A stretch of DNA of 64,000 nucleotides from Nannocystis bainbridge. GTDB lineage: Bacteria; Myxococcota_A; Polyangia; Nannocystales; Nannocystaceae. A program made the translations under genes and the position numbers. Where the stretch lies: contig NZ_JAQNDL010000001.1 in the NCBI RefSeq assembly GCF_028368995.1, positions 992,001 to 1,056,000 of the forward strand. The letters run 5' to 3'. Numbering within the stretch: position 1 is the first letter of the stretch; the number at the start of each line of letters is the position of its first letter. The notes beneath the pieces are model-generated. The model did no database searches, had not been told where the DNA came from, and saw nothing but the letters and a program-made list of their open reading frames with translations. Below, in pieces: positions 1 through 8,545 of the stretch.

Positions 1-67
1 CGGGCACGGACCCCGAGGCCCGGGTCACCAGCGCCGCCGCCCACAGGGTCGCAAGCAAGGACGACAT
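1..67 (-). CDS. Possible N-terminus of a secreted protein running off the window edge
   Basis: ATG at 67 (minus) opens MSSLLATLWAAALVTRASGSVP, which looks like a signal peptide; only 22 codons are visible. Confidence 0.3.
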   Translation of the reverse strand, partial: MSSLLATLWAAALVTRASGSVP

Positions 68-266
68 GCCGGCGCCAACGCAGGAGGGCCCGATCCTATT
101 CAGCGCCGGCGACCGAGCCGCGGCCTGGTCGCCGCCCTGACCTGCAACCGTCACGCGAGCCGCCGCGCCTCGCCGTGAACCGGATCACGCGGCCCGTCTT
201 CCTCGCCGCGCGCCCGCGCGCGCCTGCACGGACCCACGTTTGTACCGAAATTGTTACCCTGCGCGC

Positions 267-1487
267 ATGAAAGAACTTCCCATGAACCGCTCTGCGTGGG
301 CTCTGGCCGTCCTGCTCGTCGGCTGCGGCGACAACGGCGGCGTCACCGGCGCGGTCACCGACGGCGCCACCGGCACCACCACCGACACCACGACCTCCAC
401 CACCAACAACCCCAGCACGCCCGCCACCGACACCGATGAGCCGACCGTGGGGACCATGGGACAGACCGAGTCGCAGGGCACGAGCGAGGGCACGACGGTG
501 ACCCCGCCCACCTCGACCACCACTGACGCGACGACTGACACCACGACGATGGGCGTCGACACGACCACCACCGAGCCCGGCACCACCACCTCGACGACCG
601 ACACCACGGCCACCACCGACACCACCACGAGCACCTCGACCACCGAGGGCACCTCGACCACCGACGACACCACCTCGACCACCGGCGACTTGCCCGACCT
701 GTGCGCCTGTCCCGACATCGAGGTCCCGCTCGACGACGGCATCTTCGTCCTCTCGGACGACGCGGAGCTGTGGAAGTACTACCCCGAGAGCAACACCTTC
801 ACGATGCTGGGCAGTTTCAGCTGCGGCGGCATGACCAACACCTTCTCGATGGCCGTCGACCGCCTCGGCTTCGCGTGGGTCATGCTCAACAACCCCGCCG
901 GCGACATCTGGAAGATCGACGTCACCGACCCCGGCAACTGCATCGACCCCGGCTACAACCCCAACCAGCAGGGCATCGGCTACTTCGGCATGGCGTTCGT
1001 GTCGAACAGCCAGTTCGACCAGTGTGACCGCATGTACGGCAACTCGTTCGACGGCTTCGGCGGCTTCAGCGAGGGCCCGAACTTCGGCGATTTCCTCAGC
1101 GTCGACCCCGACAGCCTGCTCATCGACATCATCTCGCCGACCGACTTCAACGGCGCCGAGATGACCGGCACCGGCGACGGCCGCGTGTTCTCGTTCGGCG
1201 GCGTGCCCTCGAAGCTGGTCGAGCGCGACAAGGACTCGGGCGCGGTGATCGACACCTTCCCGCTGCAGAACCTGCCGCTGACCAACGCCTTCGCCTTCGC
1301 CTTCTTCGGCGGCGATTTCTACTTCTTCACCGAGAGCGCCAACCCGCTGGTCAGCAAGGTCACCCACCTCGACTACGACGACAGCGACATGGATGGCCAG
1401 CAGCAGCTGACCACCATCAACATGGCCGCCCCGATCCGCATCGTCGGCGCCGGCGTCTCCACCTGCGCCCCGTTCGCGCCGATGTAG
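267..1487 (+). CDS. Myxobacterial lipoprotein with Thr-rich linker and probable beta-propeller-like C-terminal domain
   Basis: Lipobox LLVGC, long T/D-rich linker, strong GC3 codon bias; ends IVGAGVSTCAPFAPM; TACCCT 6 nt before ATG 267. Confidence 0.85.
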   Translation: MKELPMNRSAWALAVLLVGCGDNGGVTGAVTDGATGTTTDTTTSTTNNPSTPATDTDEPTVGTMGQTESQGTSEGTTVTPPTSTTTDATTDTTTMGVDTTTTEPGTTTSTTDTTATTDTTTSTSTTEGTSTTDDTTSTTGDLPDLCACPDIEVPLDDGIFVLSDDAELWKYYPESNTFTMLGSFSCGGMTNTFSMAVDRLGFAWVMLNNPAGDIWKIDVTDPGNCIDPGYNPNQQGIGYFGMAFVSNSQFDQCDRMYGNSFDGFGGFSEGPNFGDFLSVDPDSLLIDIISPTDFNGAEMTGTGDGRVFSFGGVPSKLVERDKDSGAVIDTFPLQNLPLTNAFAFAFFGGDFYFFTESANPLVSKVTHLDYDDSDMDGQQQLTTINMAAPIRIVGAGVSTCAPFAPM

Positions 1488-1581
1488 TCCGCGCGCCCCA
1501 GGCCCGCGTCCCTCCCCCGCGCGGCGGCCCCGTCGCGCGGGGGAGGGACGCCCGCCCGCGCCCGCGTGCTACACCGCGGGC
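1425..1581 (+). repeat. Direct repeat copy 1 (157 bp; 3' end of lipoprotein gene plus spacer), duplicated at 2634-2790
   Basis: Near-identical from gccgccccgatccgcatcgtc to gtgctacaccgcgggc in both places; the copies differ only in the hairpin's 3' arm. Confidence 0.95.
1506..1551 (+). terminator. GC-rich stem-loop after lipoprotein stop
   Basis: GCGTCCCTCCCCCGCGCGGCGG / CCGTCGCGCGGGGGAGGGACGC inverted repeat of about 22 bp; no U-tract. Confidence 0.6.
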
Positions 1582-1589
1582 CGACGTGC

Positions 1590-1827
1590 ACGCTCGCAAG
1601 CGGACCCACCGGCCCTTCCTTGAGGATCAGCCGAGCGTCGAGACGCATCGGCCACGAGCTGTCCCTTTGGACATGAGCCGCGAGGTCCACGCCAAGAGCG
1701 TCGCCAACCCGCTGATGTTCCGCAAGCTGCGGCGCGAGGACGAACCCAGAAGCAGCCGCGCGCCGCCGACCTCTCGTGGCTGCTGACCGCGGCTACAGCG
1801 ACGAGGCGGCGCTCAACCTGGTCGGCG
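1590..1827 (+). pseudogene. Collapsed remnant of a duplicated Rieske gene 3' end and DUF434 gene 5' part
   Basis: About 1591-1738 matches 3600-3747, about 1739-1764 matches 3781-3805, and about 1765-1827 matches 3915-3978, with substitutions and deletions. Confidence 0.85.
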
Positions 1828-1898
1828 GACGGTGGATACGAATTTGTTGGTGCGACACGGTCACGGGTTGAGTCCAGACCGGAGAGTATTCTTTCACC

Positions 1899-2696
1899 GT
1901 GCAAGGCACCCTCAAGATCGCCATCCTTTCCCTTCTCCTCGGGGGATGCAAAGGTGCGAGACCCATTCCCCCCGAGTCCGTTCCGACATGCGGTGCCCCC
2001 GGCGAGTCGTTCGCCCAGCTCCGATGGCTACCGAGTGAGCTCGACACTCTCGTATCTGTCAAACTCTACGACTCTCGGCTGCCGATTTCTCTCGCCAGCC
2101 TGCAGGCCTTTCAGAGCGGTCCCTTCCTGAAGGACGAGCCTTGGACCCGCTTCGCCGCCGAGCTCCCGGAGTTCCGTTCGCGTCTGGCGAAAGTCCCGCT
2201 CGAGCGGGACGAGGCCATCTGGTTTCTCGTCGCCGAACGAACGAGCGTCTGGGCGGTATCAGGGGTCTGCGACCGGAAGGATTTCGATCGCATCGTTGCC
2301 ATCCTCGGACTTCGAGCGCGTAACAACGAAGAGGGAGAACTCTGGGTGGCAGACGCTCCATCCAGCGGGGAGGAGCTCGCTGTCTTGCAATTTGGGGCAG
2401 GCGGTCCGTTATGGCTCGTCCAAGCTGGACGAATCGACTCCCTTCTCCTCTGGCTCAAGAATCTGAGCGGAACGCCTCACTCTTTTTTCATCGAACACTT
2501 GGAGGACGAGCATCCCGGCGCCACGCTACGAGTCCTCCGCCTGTTGAGAGATCAGGGATTTTCACAGTACAGCGTCACCGGCACGGAGATCTTCAAGTCC
2601 GGGTTTGTTTCACACGAGCCATCACGGATGAACGCCGCCCCGATCCGCATCGTCGGCGCCGGCGTCTCCACCTGCGCCCCGTTCGCGCCGATGTAG
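1899..2696 (+). CDS. Lower-GC hypothetical lipoprotein, chimeric at its C-terminus
   Basis: Lipobox LLLGGC; many A/T-ending codons; last 20 aa (AAPIRIVGAGVSTCAPFAPM) come from repeat copy 2. Confidence 0.65.
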   Translation: MQGTLKIAILSLLLGGCKGARPIPPESVPTCGAPGESFAQLRWLPSELDTLVSVKLYDSRLPISLASLQAFQSGPFLKDEPWTRFAAELPEFRSRLAKVPLERDEAIWFLVAERTSVWAVSGVCDRKDFDRIVAILGLRARNNEEGELWVADAPSSGEELAVLQFGAGGPLWLVQAGRIDSLLLWLKNLSGTPHSFFIEHLEDEHPGATLRVLRLLRDQGFSQYSVTGTEIFKSGFVSHEPSRMNAAPIRIVGAGVSTCAPFAPM

Positions 2697-2790
2697 TCCG
2701 CGCGCCCCAGGCCCGCGTCCCTCCCCCGCGCGGCGGCCCGTCCGCCGCGCGGCGTGGCGCCCGCCCGCGCCCGCGTGCTACACCGCGGGC
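2634..2790 (+). repeat. Direct repeat copy 2 of 1425-1581
   Basis: Direct comparison; leads straight into the Rieske GTG start. Confidence 0.95.
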
Positions 2791-3831
2791 GTGCTGCAGA
2801 ACTTCTGGTACGCCTGTCACCGCGCGTCCGAGATCGGCACCCAACCGGTCCGCTTGCGCGCGCTCGGCCACGAATTCGTGCTGTGGCGCGACGGCGACGG
2901 CCGGGTCGTCGCCCTCGACGACCGCTGCCCGCACCGCGGCGGCTCCCTGTCTCAAGGGACATGCTCGAACGGACACGTCGTATGCCCGTACCACGGCTGG
3001 GCCTTCGCCGCCGACGGCGCCTGCGTGCACATCCCGGCCAACACCGGCGACGCCCGCATCCCTCGCAAGGCCCAGGTCCGCAGCTACCCGACCGAAGAGC
3101 GCCACGGCTGGGTGTGGCTGTTCGTCGGCGACCTGCCCGAGGCCGAGCGCCCGCCGATCCCGCCGCTGCCCGAGTACGGCCAGCCGGGCTGGAAGGCCAT
3201 CCACGGCGAGTTCCTCTGGCACGCGCACTACACCCGCGTGGTCGAGAACGGCATGGACATCGCCCACGCCCCGTTCGTCCACTCGCGCTCGTTCGGCAAC
3301 CCCGCGCACCCCGAGGTCGCCGACTACACCGTCGAGCCGCACCCGTGGGGCGCCAGCGCCTCCGTCGAGTTGGTCGCCCCGCCGCCGAGCGGCCTGTGGT
3401 CGCTGGTGCTGCCGAAGCAGCGCCCGCCGGTCAAGACCCGCGTCGCCTTTTACATGCCCTGCTACACCCGCCTCGACCTCGACCTCGGCGGCATGAAGAT
3501 GATCGTCTTCAACAGCAACATCCCGGTCGACGACGAGCACACCCTGACCCGCTGGATCATGCTGCGCGACTTCTTCACCGGCGCCTGGGCCGACGGCAAC
3601 GCCCGCAAGCGGACCCACCGGATCTTCCTCGAGGACCAGCCGATCGTCGAGGCGCAGCGGCCACGAGCTGTCCCTTTGGACATGAGCCGCGAGGTCCACG
3701 CCAAGAGCGACGCCATCCCGCTGGTGTTCCGCAAGCTGCGGCGCGAGTGCCTGGTCGAGCGCGGCTGGGGCCTGCGCTGGGACGAACCCGAAGCCGCCGC
3801 GCCCGCGCCCCTGGTCGCCCTCCGCACATGA
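2791..3831 (+). CDS. Rieske non-haem iron oxygenase alpha subunit (VanA/KshA-like)
   Basis: Rieske motif CPHRG...CPYHGW and mononuclear iron motif ENGMDIAHAPFVH. Confidence 0.92.
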   Translation: MLQNFWYACHRASEIGTQPVRLRALGHEFVLWRDGDGRVVALDDRCPHRGGSLSQGTCSNGHVVCPYHGWAFAADGACVHIPANTGDARIPRKAQVRSYPTEERHGWVWLFVGDLPEAERPPIPPLPEYGQPGWKAIHGEFLWHAHYTRVVENGMDIAHAPFVHSRSFGNPAHPEVADYTVEPHPWGASASVELVAPPPSGLWSLVLPKQRPPVKTRVAFYMPCYTRLDLDLGGMKMIVFNSNIPVDDEHTLTRWIMLRDFFTGAWADGNARKRTHRIFLEDQPIVEAQRPRAVPLDMSREVHAKSDAIPLVFRKLRRECLVERGWGLRWDEPEAAAPAPLVALRT

Positions 3832-4613
3832 CCGAGCTCCACCGCCGCGCCCGCGCCACCGGCGACGATCGCCTGTTCGGCGAACCCGCCCGCCCGGCCC
3901 TGCGCGCCGCCGTCGCCGACCTCTCGTGGCTGCTGACCCGCGGCTACAGCGGCGACGCGGCGCTCAAGCTGGTCGGCGACAGACATGTCCTTTCAGCCAG
4001 GCAGCGCATGGCGGTGCTGCGCTCGGCCTGCAGCGACGAGGCGCAGGCGCGGCGCCGCGCCGCCCGCATCGACCTGGCCGATCTCGCCGGCACCCACCTC
4101 GCCATCGACGGCCTCAACGCGCTCATCACCGTCGAGTCGGCGCTGTCGCACGGCGTCGTGCTGCGCGGGCGTGACGGAGCGCTGCGCGACCTCGCCGCCG
4201 TCCACGGCGCCTACGAGCAGGTGCTCGAGACCCGCTTCGCCGTCGATGCGATCGCTCGCCTCCTGCACGGCGACGGCGCGCCTGCGCCCGCGCAGGTCGT
4301 GTGGTACCTGGACCGACCTGTCGCCGGCAGCGGTCGTCTCCGCGCGTTGTTGGAGGCGCGCGCCGAAGAGCGTCGGCTGCCGTGGACCGTCCAGTTGGTG
4401 CTCCACCCCGATCCTCTGCTGGCGCAGCACGACGGCGTCGTCGCCACCAGCGACGCCTGGATCCTCGATCGCTGCGCGCGCTGGATCGACCTCCTCGGCG
4501 CGCTCCTTCGGGGACCCACCGAATCCACGCACGCGTCGTCGCGCGAGGGCCCGGTGCTCGCCGCGAGGCCCGACCTGTGGCTGCTCGACCTCTCCGATAC
4601 CGCCGCGCCGTGA
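3828..4613 (+). CDS. DUF434/DUF5616-like protein (PIN/NYN-like)
   Basis: DLSWLLTRGYS...LKLVGDRH, AIDGLN.LIT.ESAL, GRDG.LRDLA, VVATSDAWILD; ATGA overlap with the Rieske gene. Confidence 0.75.
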   Translation: MTELHRRARATGDDRLFGEPARPALRAAVADLSWLLTRGYSGDAALKLVGDRHVLSARQRMAVLRSACSDEAQARRRAARIDLADLAGTHLAIDGLNALITVESALSHGVVLRGRDGALRDLAAVHGAYEQVLETRFAVDAIARLLHGDGAPAPAQVVWYLDRPVAGSGRLRALLEARAEERRLPWTVQLVLHPDPLLAQHDGVVATSDAWILDRCARWIDLLGALLRGPTESTHASSREGPVLAARPDLWLLDLSDTAAP

Positions 4614-4669
4614 CCGACCTCTGCCGACCTTCTGAAGCGACTGCACTTCGGGTATACCGATCGTTCGTG

Positions 4670-5914
4670 ATGGTCGCTTCTCTTCGGCTCCCCCTCGTCC
4701 GCTCGTTCTTCCTCGCCGCGGCCGTGCTCGTGCCTGGCTGTCAGGACACGTCCGCCGTCTACGCCCTGATCGGGCCCGAAGGCGGCGAGCTGGCGATGGA
4801 AGAGGGCCCCACGATCAAGTTCCCCGCCGGCGCGCTGGTCACGACCCGCCAGATCGTCATCCGCCCGGTCGACGACGACCTCTCGCGCGGCGACTTCAAG
4901 CAGTCCGGCGGCGCCTATCGCCTCGAGCCGACCGACCTCGATCTGCGGATCCCCGCCGAGGTCACCTTCGCCGGCGACGCGCCCAAGCAGCCCTCGATCC
5001 TGTGGCAGCGCGGCGAGGGCCGCGTCGTCTCGCACGCCGCCTCCGACGAGCGCGCCCTCGCGTACATCGGCGCGCTCGGCGTCATCGCCCTCGCGACCGG
5101 CGGCGAGATCAAGGCCGCCGTCGACGAGCCGACGCTCGCGCGGGCGCCCGGCGACGTCGACTACGCCAAGCCGCTCATCGACATCGCCACCGTCAAGGTC
5201 TCGCCGAAGGGCACCTCGATGCTCGACATCGGCTTCACCGTGTACGACCCGATGGGCATGTCCAACCGGCCGCTCAACGGCGACGGCAGCCGCTACTGCG
5301 GCCTCAAGTTCGCCGGTGTGCAGGGCGGCAGCATCAGCGCTGGCTGTTCGGGCGGCCTCGCCACCGGCTCGGTGATCGTCAGCAGCGCCCAGGTGACGGT
5401 CAACGCGGTGCCGTTCCTGCTCGGCAAGGTCCAGGGCGCGACGCTGGTCGAGGTCCAGGTCGGCGGCGGAGATCTCGCGCACAGCGTCGGCTACCTGCCG
5501 TTCGTCACCGGCTCGTGTTACCTCGAGAGCTGTTCGGGCCACGGCGCGTGCGACAGCTCGAGCGGCGCGCCCGTGTGCATGTGCGACGACGGCTACGCCT
5601 CGCCGATGGAAGACGCCCTGGCCTGCGAATGCGTGCCGAACTGCGACGGCCGGGCGTGCGGCGACGACGGCTGCGGCGGCTCGTGCGGCGGCTGCGGCGA
5701 GGGTCAGAACTGCAACGAGGGCCAGTGCCAGGGCGAGCCGCCGCCGGACACGACCGGCCCCGACACGACCAGCACCACGGGTCCGGACACCACGACCAGC
5801 ACCACGGGTCCCGACACCACGACCGACGATTCGACGACGACGTCCTCGACCACCGACGACTCGTCGACCACCGACGACACTTCGTCGTCGTCGACGACCA
5901 CGTCCACCACATAG
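4670..5914 (+). CDS. Lipoprotein with ZU5-like N-terminus, EGF-like/Cys-rich repeats and Thr-rich tail
   Basis: LVPGC lipobox; IGPEGGEL...FPAGAL; CSGHGAC..CMCDDGY; CVPNCDGRACGDDGCGGSCGGC; PDTT repeats. Confidence 0.8.
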   Translation: MVASLRLPLVRSFFLAAAVLVPGCQDTSAVYALIGPEGGELAMEEGPTIKFPAGALVTTRQIVIRPVDDDLSRGDFKQSGGAYRLEPTDLDLRIPAEVTFAGDAPKQPSILWQRGEGRVVSHAASDERALAYIGALGVIALATGGEIKAAVDEPTLARAPGDVDYAKPLIDIATVKVSPKGTSMLDIGFTVYDPMGMSNRPLNGDGSRYCGLKFAGVQGGSISAGCSGGLATGSVIVSSAQVTVNAVPFLLGKVQGATLVEVQVGGGDLAHSVGYLPFVTGSCYLESCSGHGACDSSSGAPVCMCDDGYASPMEDALACECVPNCDGRACGDDGCGGSCGGCGEGQNCNEGQCQGEPPPDTTGPDTTSTTGPDTTTSTTGPDTTTDDSTTTSSTTDDSSTTDDTSSSSTTTSTT

Positions 5915-6233
5915 CGCGACGATCTCCACGGCGGTGAGCTCCACCGTCGTCGCCAGCCCGCAGCGCATCGTGGGCGAGCCTTCGACCGTCATGGTCGCGC
6001 AACCCCAAGCGCGCGTGACGGTCGCTTCGCGCCCGAATCACGGGCTTTCAGTTGACATGTCTTTTCGGTCAGCTCGCAATTCTCGTCCGCGAGCGCCCCC
6101 GCCGGCCCCTAGGCCGGCGCCCCTGGATCGGATTCGCCCGCCTGCAGCGCTTGCAGCGGCTGCGCAAACGCCTTTACGATGGCCACGTGGCGAGCATGCG
6201 TCTCGCCTCCCCCTTAGCACGAGGAGTCGCACG

Positions 6234-8528
6234 ATGACCCGTTCACACCCGAAACGAACCAGCGAGCTGGTCACCCGCGCGGCGCTCATCGCCGTGACCG
6301 GCGTCGGCTCTGGCCTCGGAATGTCCGCCTGTTCCGAAGTCACCGACGGCGAGTGCGTCCCCACCGACGTGTTCTTCCGCGAGAAGGTCTGGGCACCGAC
6401 CCTGGCTGCCACCTGCAGCTCGTGTCACAGCTCGGCCGGCGCCGCCAAGCACACCAAGTTCGTGCTGACCCCCAAGGAGGTGCCCGGCTACCTCGAGGCC
6501 AACATGAAGTTGGTCCAGGACCTGGCCCGCTACGAGGTCGACGGCCTGCCGCTCATCCTGGCCAAGCCTTCGATGCGCGTCGAGCACGAGGGCGGCCTCC
6601 AGCTCAAGCCCGACAGCCAGGAGTACAACGACCTCCAGGCGCTGCTGAAGCGCTTCAACAACCCGGTCGAGTGCGAGGGCGCGGTCAACCTCGGCAACTA
6701 CTTCGACGACGTCGAGCTGCTCGACGAGGTCGACACCCTGCGCAAGGCCACCCTCGCCCTGACCGGCCGCCTGCCGACGCCCGAGGAGTACGAGGCCGTC
6801 CGCGGCTTCGGCATCGACCAGCTCGATCCGGTCCTCGACGCGGTGATGAAGGAGGACAAGTTCGTCGACCGCGTCGTCGAGATCTTCAACGACGTGTTCC
6901 TGACCGACCGCTACATCGGCGGCAACCGGGCGGTCGAGCTGCTCAACGGCGAGAAGTACCCGAACGCCTACTGGTTCGAGGGCCAGCCGGAGGACGTGCG
7001 CGAGCAGTACCGCTGGTACACCAACACCGGCGTCGCCCGCGAGGCGCTCAACCTGGTCGCGTGGATCGTCAAGAACGACCTCTCGTACAAGGACATCGTC
7101 GAGGCCGACTACATGGTCTTCACGCCGTTCTCGGCCAAGGCCTACGGTGTCGACGTCACCTTCAAGGATCCCAACGACTGGAAGGAGCTCGCCGTCGGCA
7201 AGCTCCCCGGCATCCCGCACGCCGGCGTGCTGACCTCGGTGATGTGGCTGAACCGCTTCCCGACCACGCCGACCAACCGCAACCGTCACCGCTCGCGGAT
7301 GGCCTACAAGCTGTTCCTCGCCACCGACGTGCTGCGGCTCGGCGAGCGTCCGATCGACCCGACCGCGATCAAGACGCCGAACGCGACGCTGAACAACCCC
7401 AACTGCAACGTCTGCCACAACGTCATCGACCCGGTCGCCGGCGCCTTCCAGAACTTCAACGAGCGCGGCGACTACGAGCCGTGGGCCGGCAAGGAGGCGA
7501 TGGTCTGGTACCAGGAGATGTTGCTGCCCGGGTTCGGCGAGACCAAGATGCCCGAGGGCGACACCGCCACTGCGGAGCAGTGGCTGGCCAAGCAGCTGAC
7601 CGCCGACGACCGCTTCGCCCAGTCGGCCGTCAACGTCATCTGGCGCGGCCTGACCGGCAACGAGCCGCTCAGCGAGCCGTTCGACGCCGCCATGCCCGGC
7701 TTCGAGGAGGCGCTCAAGGAGTTCGAGGTCCAGGACCGCGTCATCAAGGGCATCGCCAAGAAGTTCAAGGAGAGCAACTTCAACCTCAAGGTCGTGTTCC
7801 GCGAGATCATCAAGACCGACTTCTTCCGCGCCAAGAACGTGCGCGGTGAGGTCGACGAGTCCCGCGCCCGCGAGCTGTCCGAGCTCGGCACGGCGCAGTA
7901 CCTGTCGCCCGAGCAGCTGTCGCGCAAGATCGAGGCGGTCACCGGCTACCCGTGGCGCTACGGCGTCAACGACTCCGACCTGCTGCTCAACTCCAACGAG
8001 TACAAGATCTTCTACGGCGGCATCGACTCCGACTCGATCGTCAACCGGATCACCGAGCCGAACGGCATCATGGCCAACATCGGCCTGCGCATGTCGAACG
8101 AGATGTCCTGCCGGGCCACCTCGCGCGACTTCGCCAAGGACCCGTCGGACCGCCTGCTGTTCCCGTACGTCGAGACCAGCTTCGTCCCCCAGGACGACAA
8201 CGGCTTCGCCGTCCCGGCCGTCAACGACGCCATCCGGGCCAACATCCAGCACCTGTACGACCACGTGCTGGGCGAGCACTACGACATCGGCGACCCCGAG
8301 GTCGACGCCGCGTACAACCTGTTCTTCGAGATCTGGCAGGACGGCAAGGCGGGCCTCGCCGCCGGCACGTACTCGGCCGACCCGCCGTGCCGCGTCGAGA
8401 ACGACTGGTGGACCGGCAACCCGCTGCCGGAAGAGAACCGGATCACCCAGGATCACGACTACACCATTCGCGCGTGGATGGGCGTCCTCGCCTACATGCT
8501 GTCGGATTACCGCTTCCTGCACGAATAG
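6234..8528 (+). CDS. Large lipoprotein with two CxxCH motifs, DUF1588/DUF1592-type cytochrome c-like protein
   Basis: GMSAC lipobox; CSSCH and CNVCH; LRKATLALTGRLPT; HAGVLT...RFPTTPTNRNRHRSR; very strong codon bias. Confidence 0.8.
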   Translation: MTRSHPKRTSELVTRAALIAVTGVGSGLGMSACSEVTDGECVPTDVFFREKVWAPTLAATCSSCHSSAGAAKHTKFVLTPKEVPGYLEANMKLVQDLARYEVDGLPLILAKPSMRVEHEGGLQLKPDSQEYNDLQALLKRFNNPVECEGAVNLGNYFDDVELLDEVDTLRKATLALTGRLPTPEEYEAVRGFGIDQLDPVLDAVMKEDKFVDRVVEIFNDVFLTDRYIGGNRAVELLNGEKYPNAYWFEGQPEDVREQYRWYTNTGVAREALNLVAWIVKNDLSYKDIVEADYMVFTPFSAKAYGVDVTFKDPNDWKELAVGKLPGIPHAGVLTSVMWLNRFPTTPTNRNRHRSRMAYKLFLATDVLRLGERPIDPTAIKTPNATLNNPNCNVCHNVIDPVAGAFQNFNERGDYEPWAGKEAMVWYQEMLLPGFGETKMPEGDTATAEQWLAKQLTADDRFAQSAVNVIWRGLTGNEPLSEPFDAAMPGFEEALKEFEVQDRVIKGIAKKFKESNFNLKVVFREIIKTDFFRAKNVRGEVDESRARELSELGTAQYLSPEQLSRKIEAVTGYPWRYGVNDSDLLLNSNEYKIFYGGIDSDSIVNRITEPNGIMANIGLRMSNEMSCRATSRDFAKDPSDRLLFPYVETSFVPQDDNGFAVPAVNDAIRANIQHLYDHVLGEHYDIGDPEVDAAYNLFFEIWQDGKAGLAAGTYSADPPCRVENDWWTGNPLPEENRITQDHDYTIRAWMGVLAYMLSDYRFLHE

Positions 8529-8545
8529 GCCCGAAGGAGGACATC

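Noticed and set aside
1590-3747. Diverged repeat pair as a DGR template/variable repeat
   Set aside because: Mismatches involve all four bases rather than adenines only, and no reverse transcriptase is present
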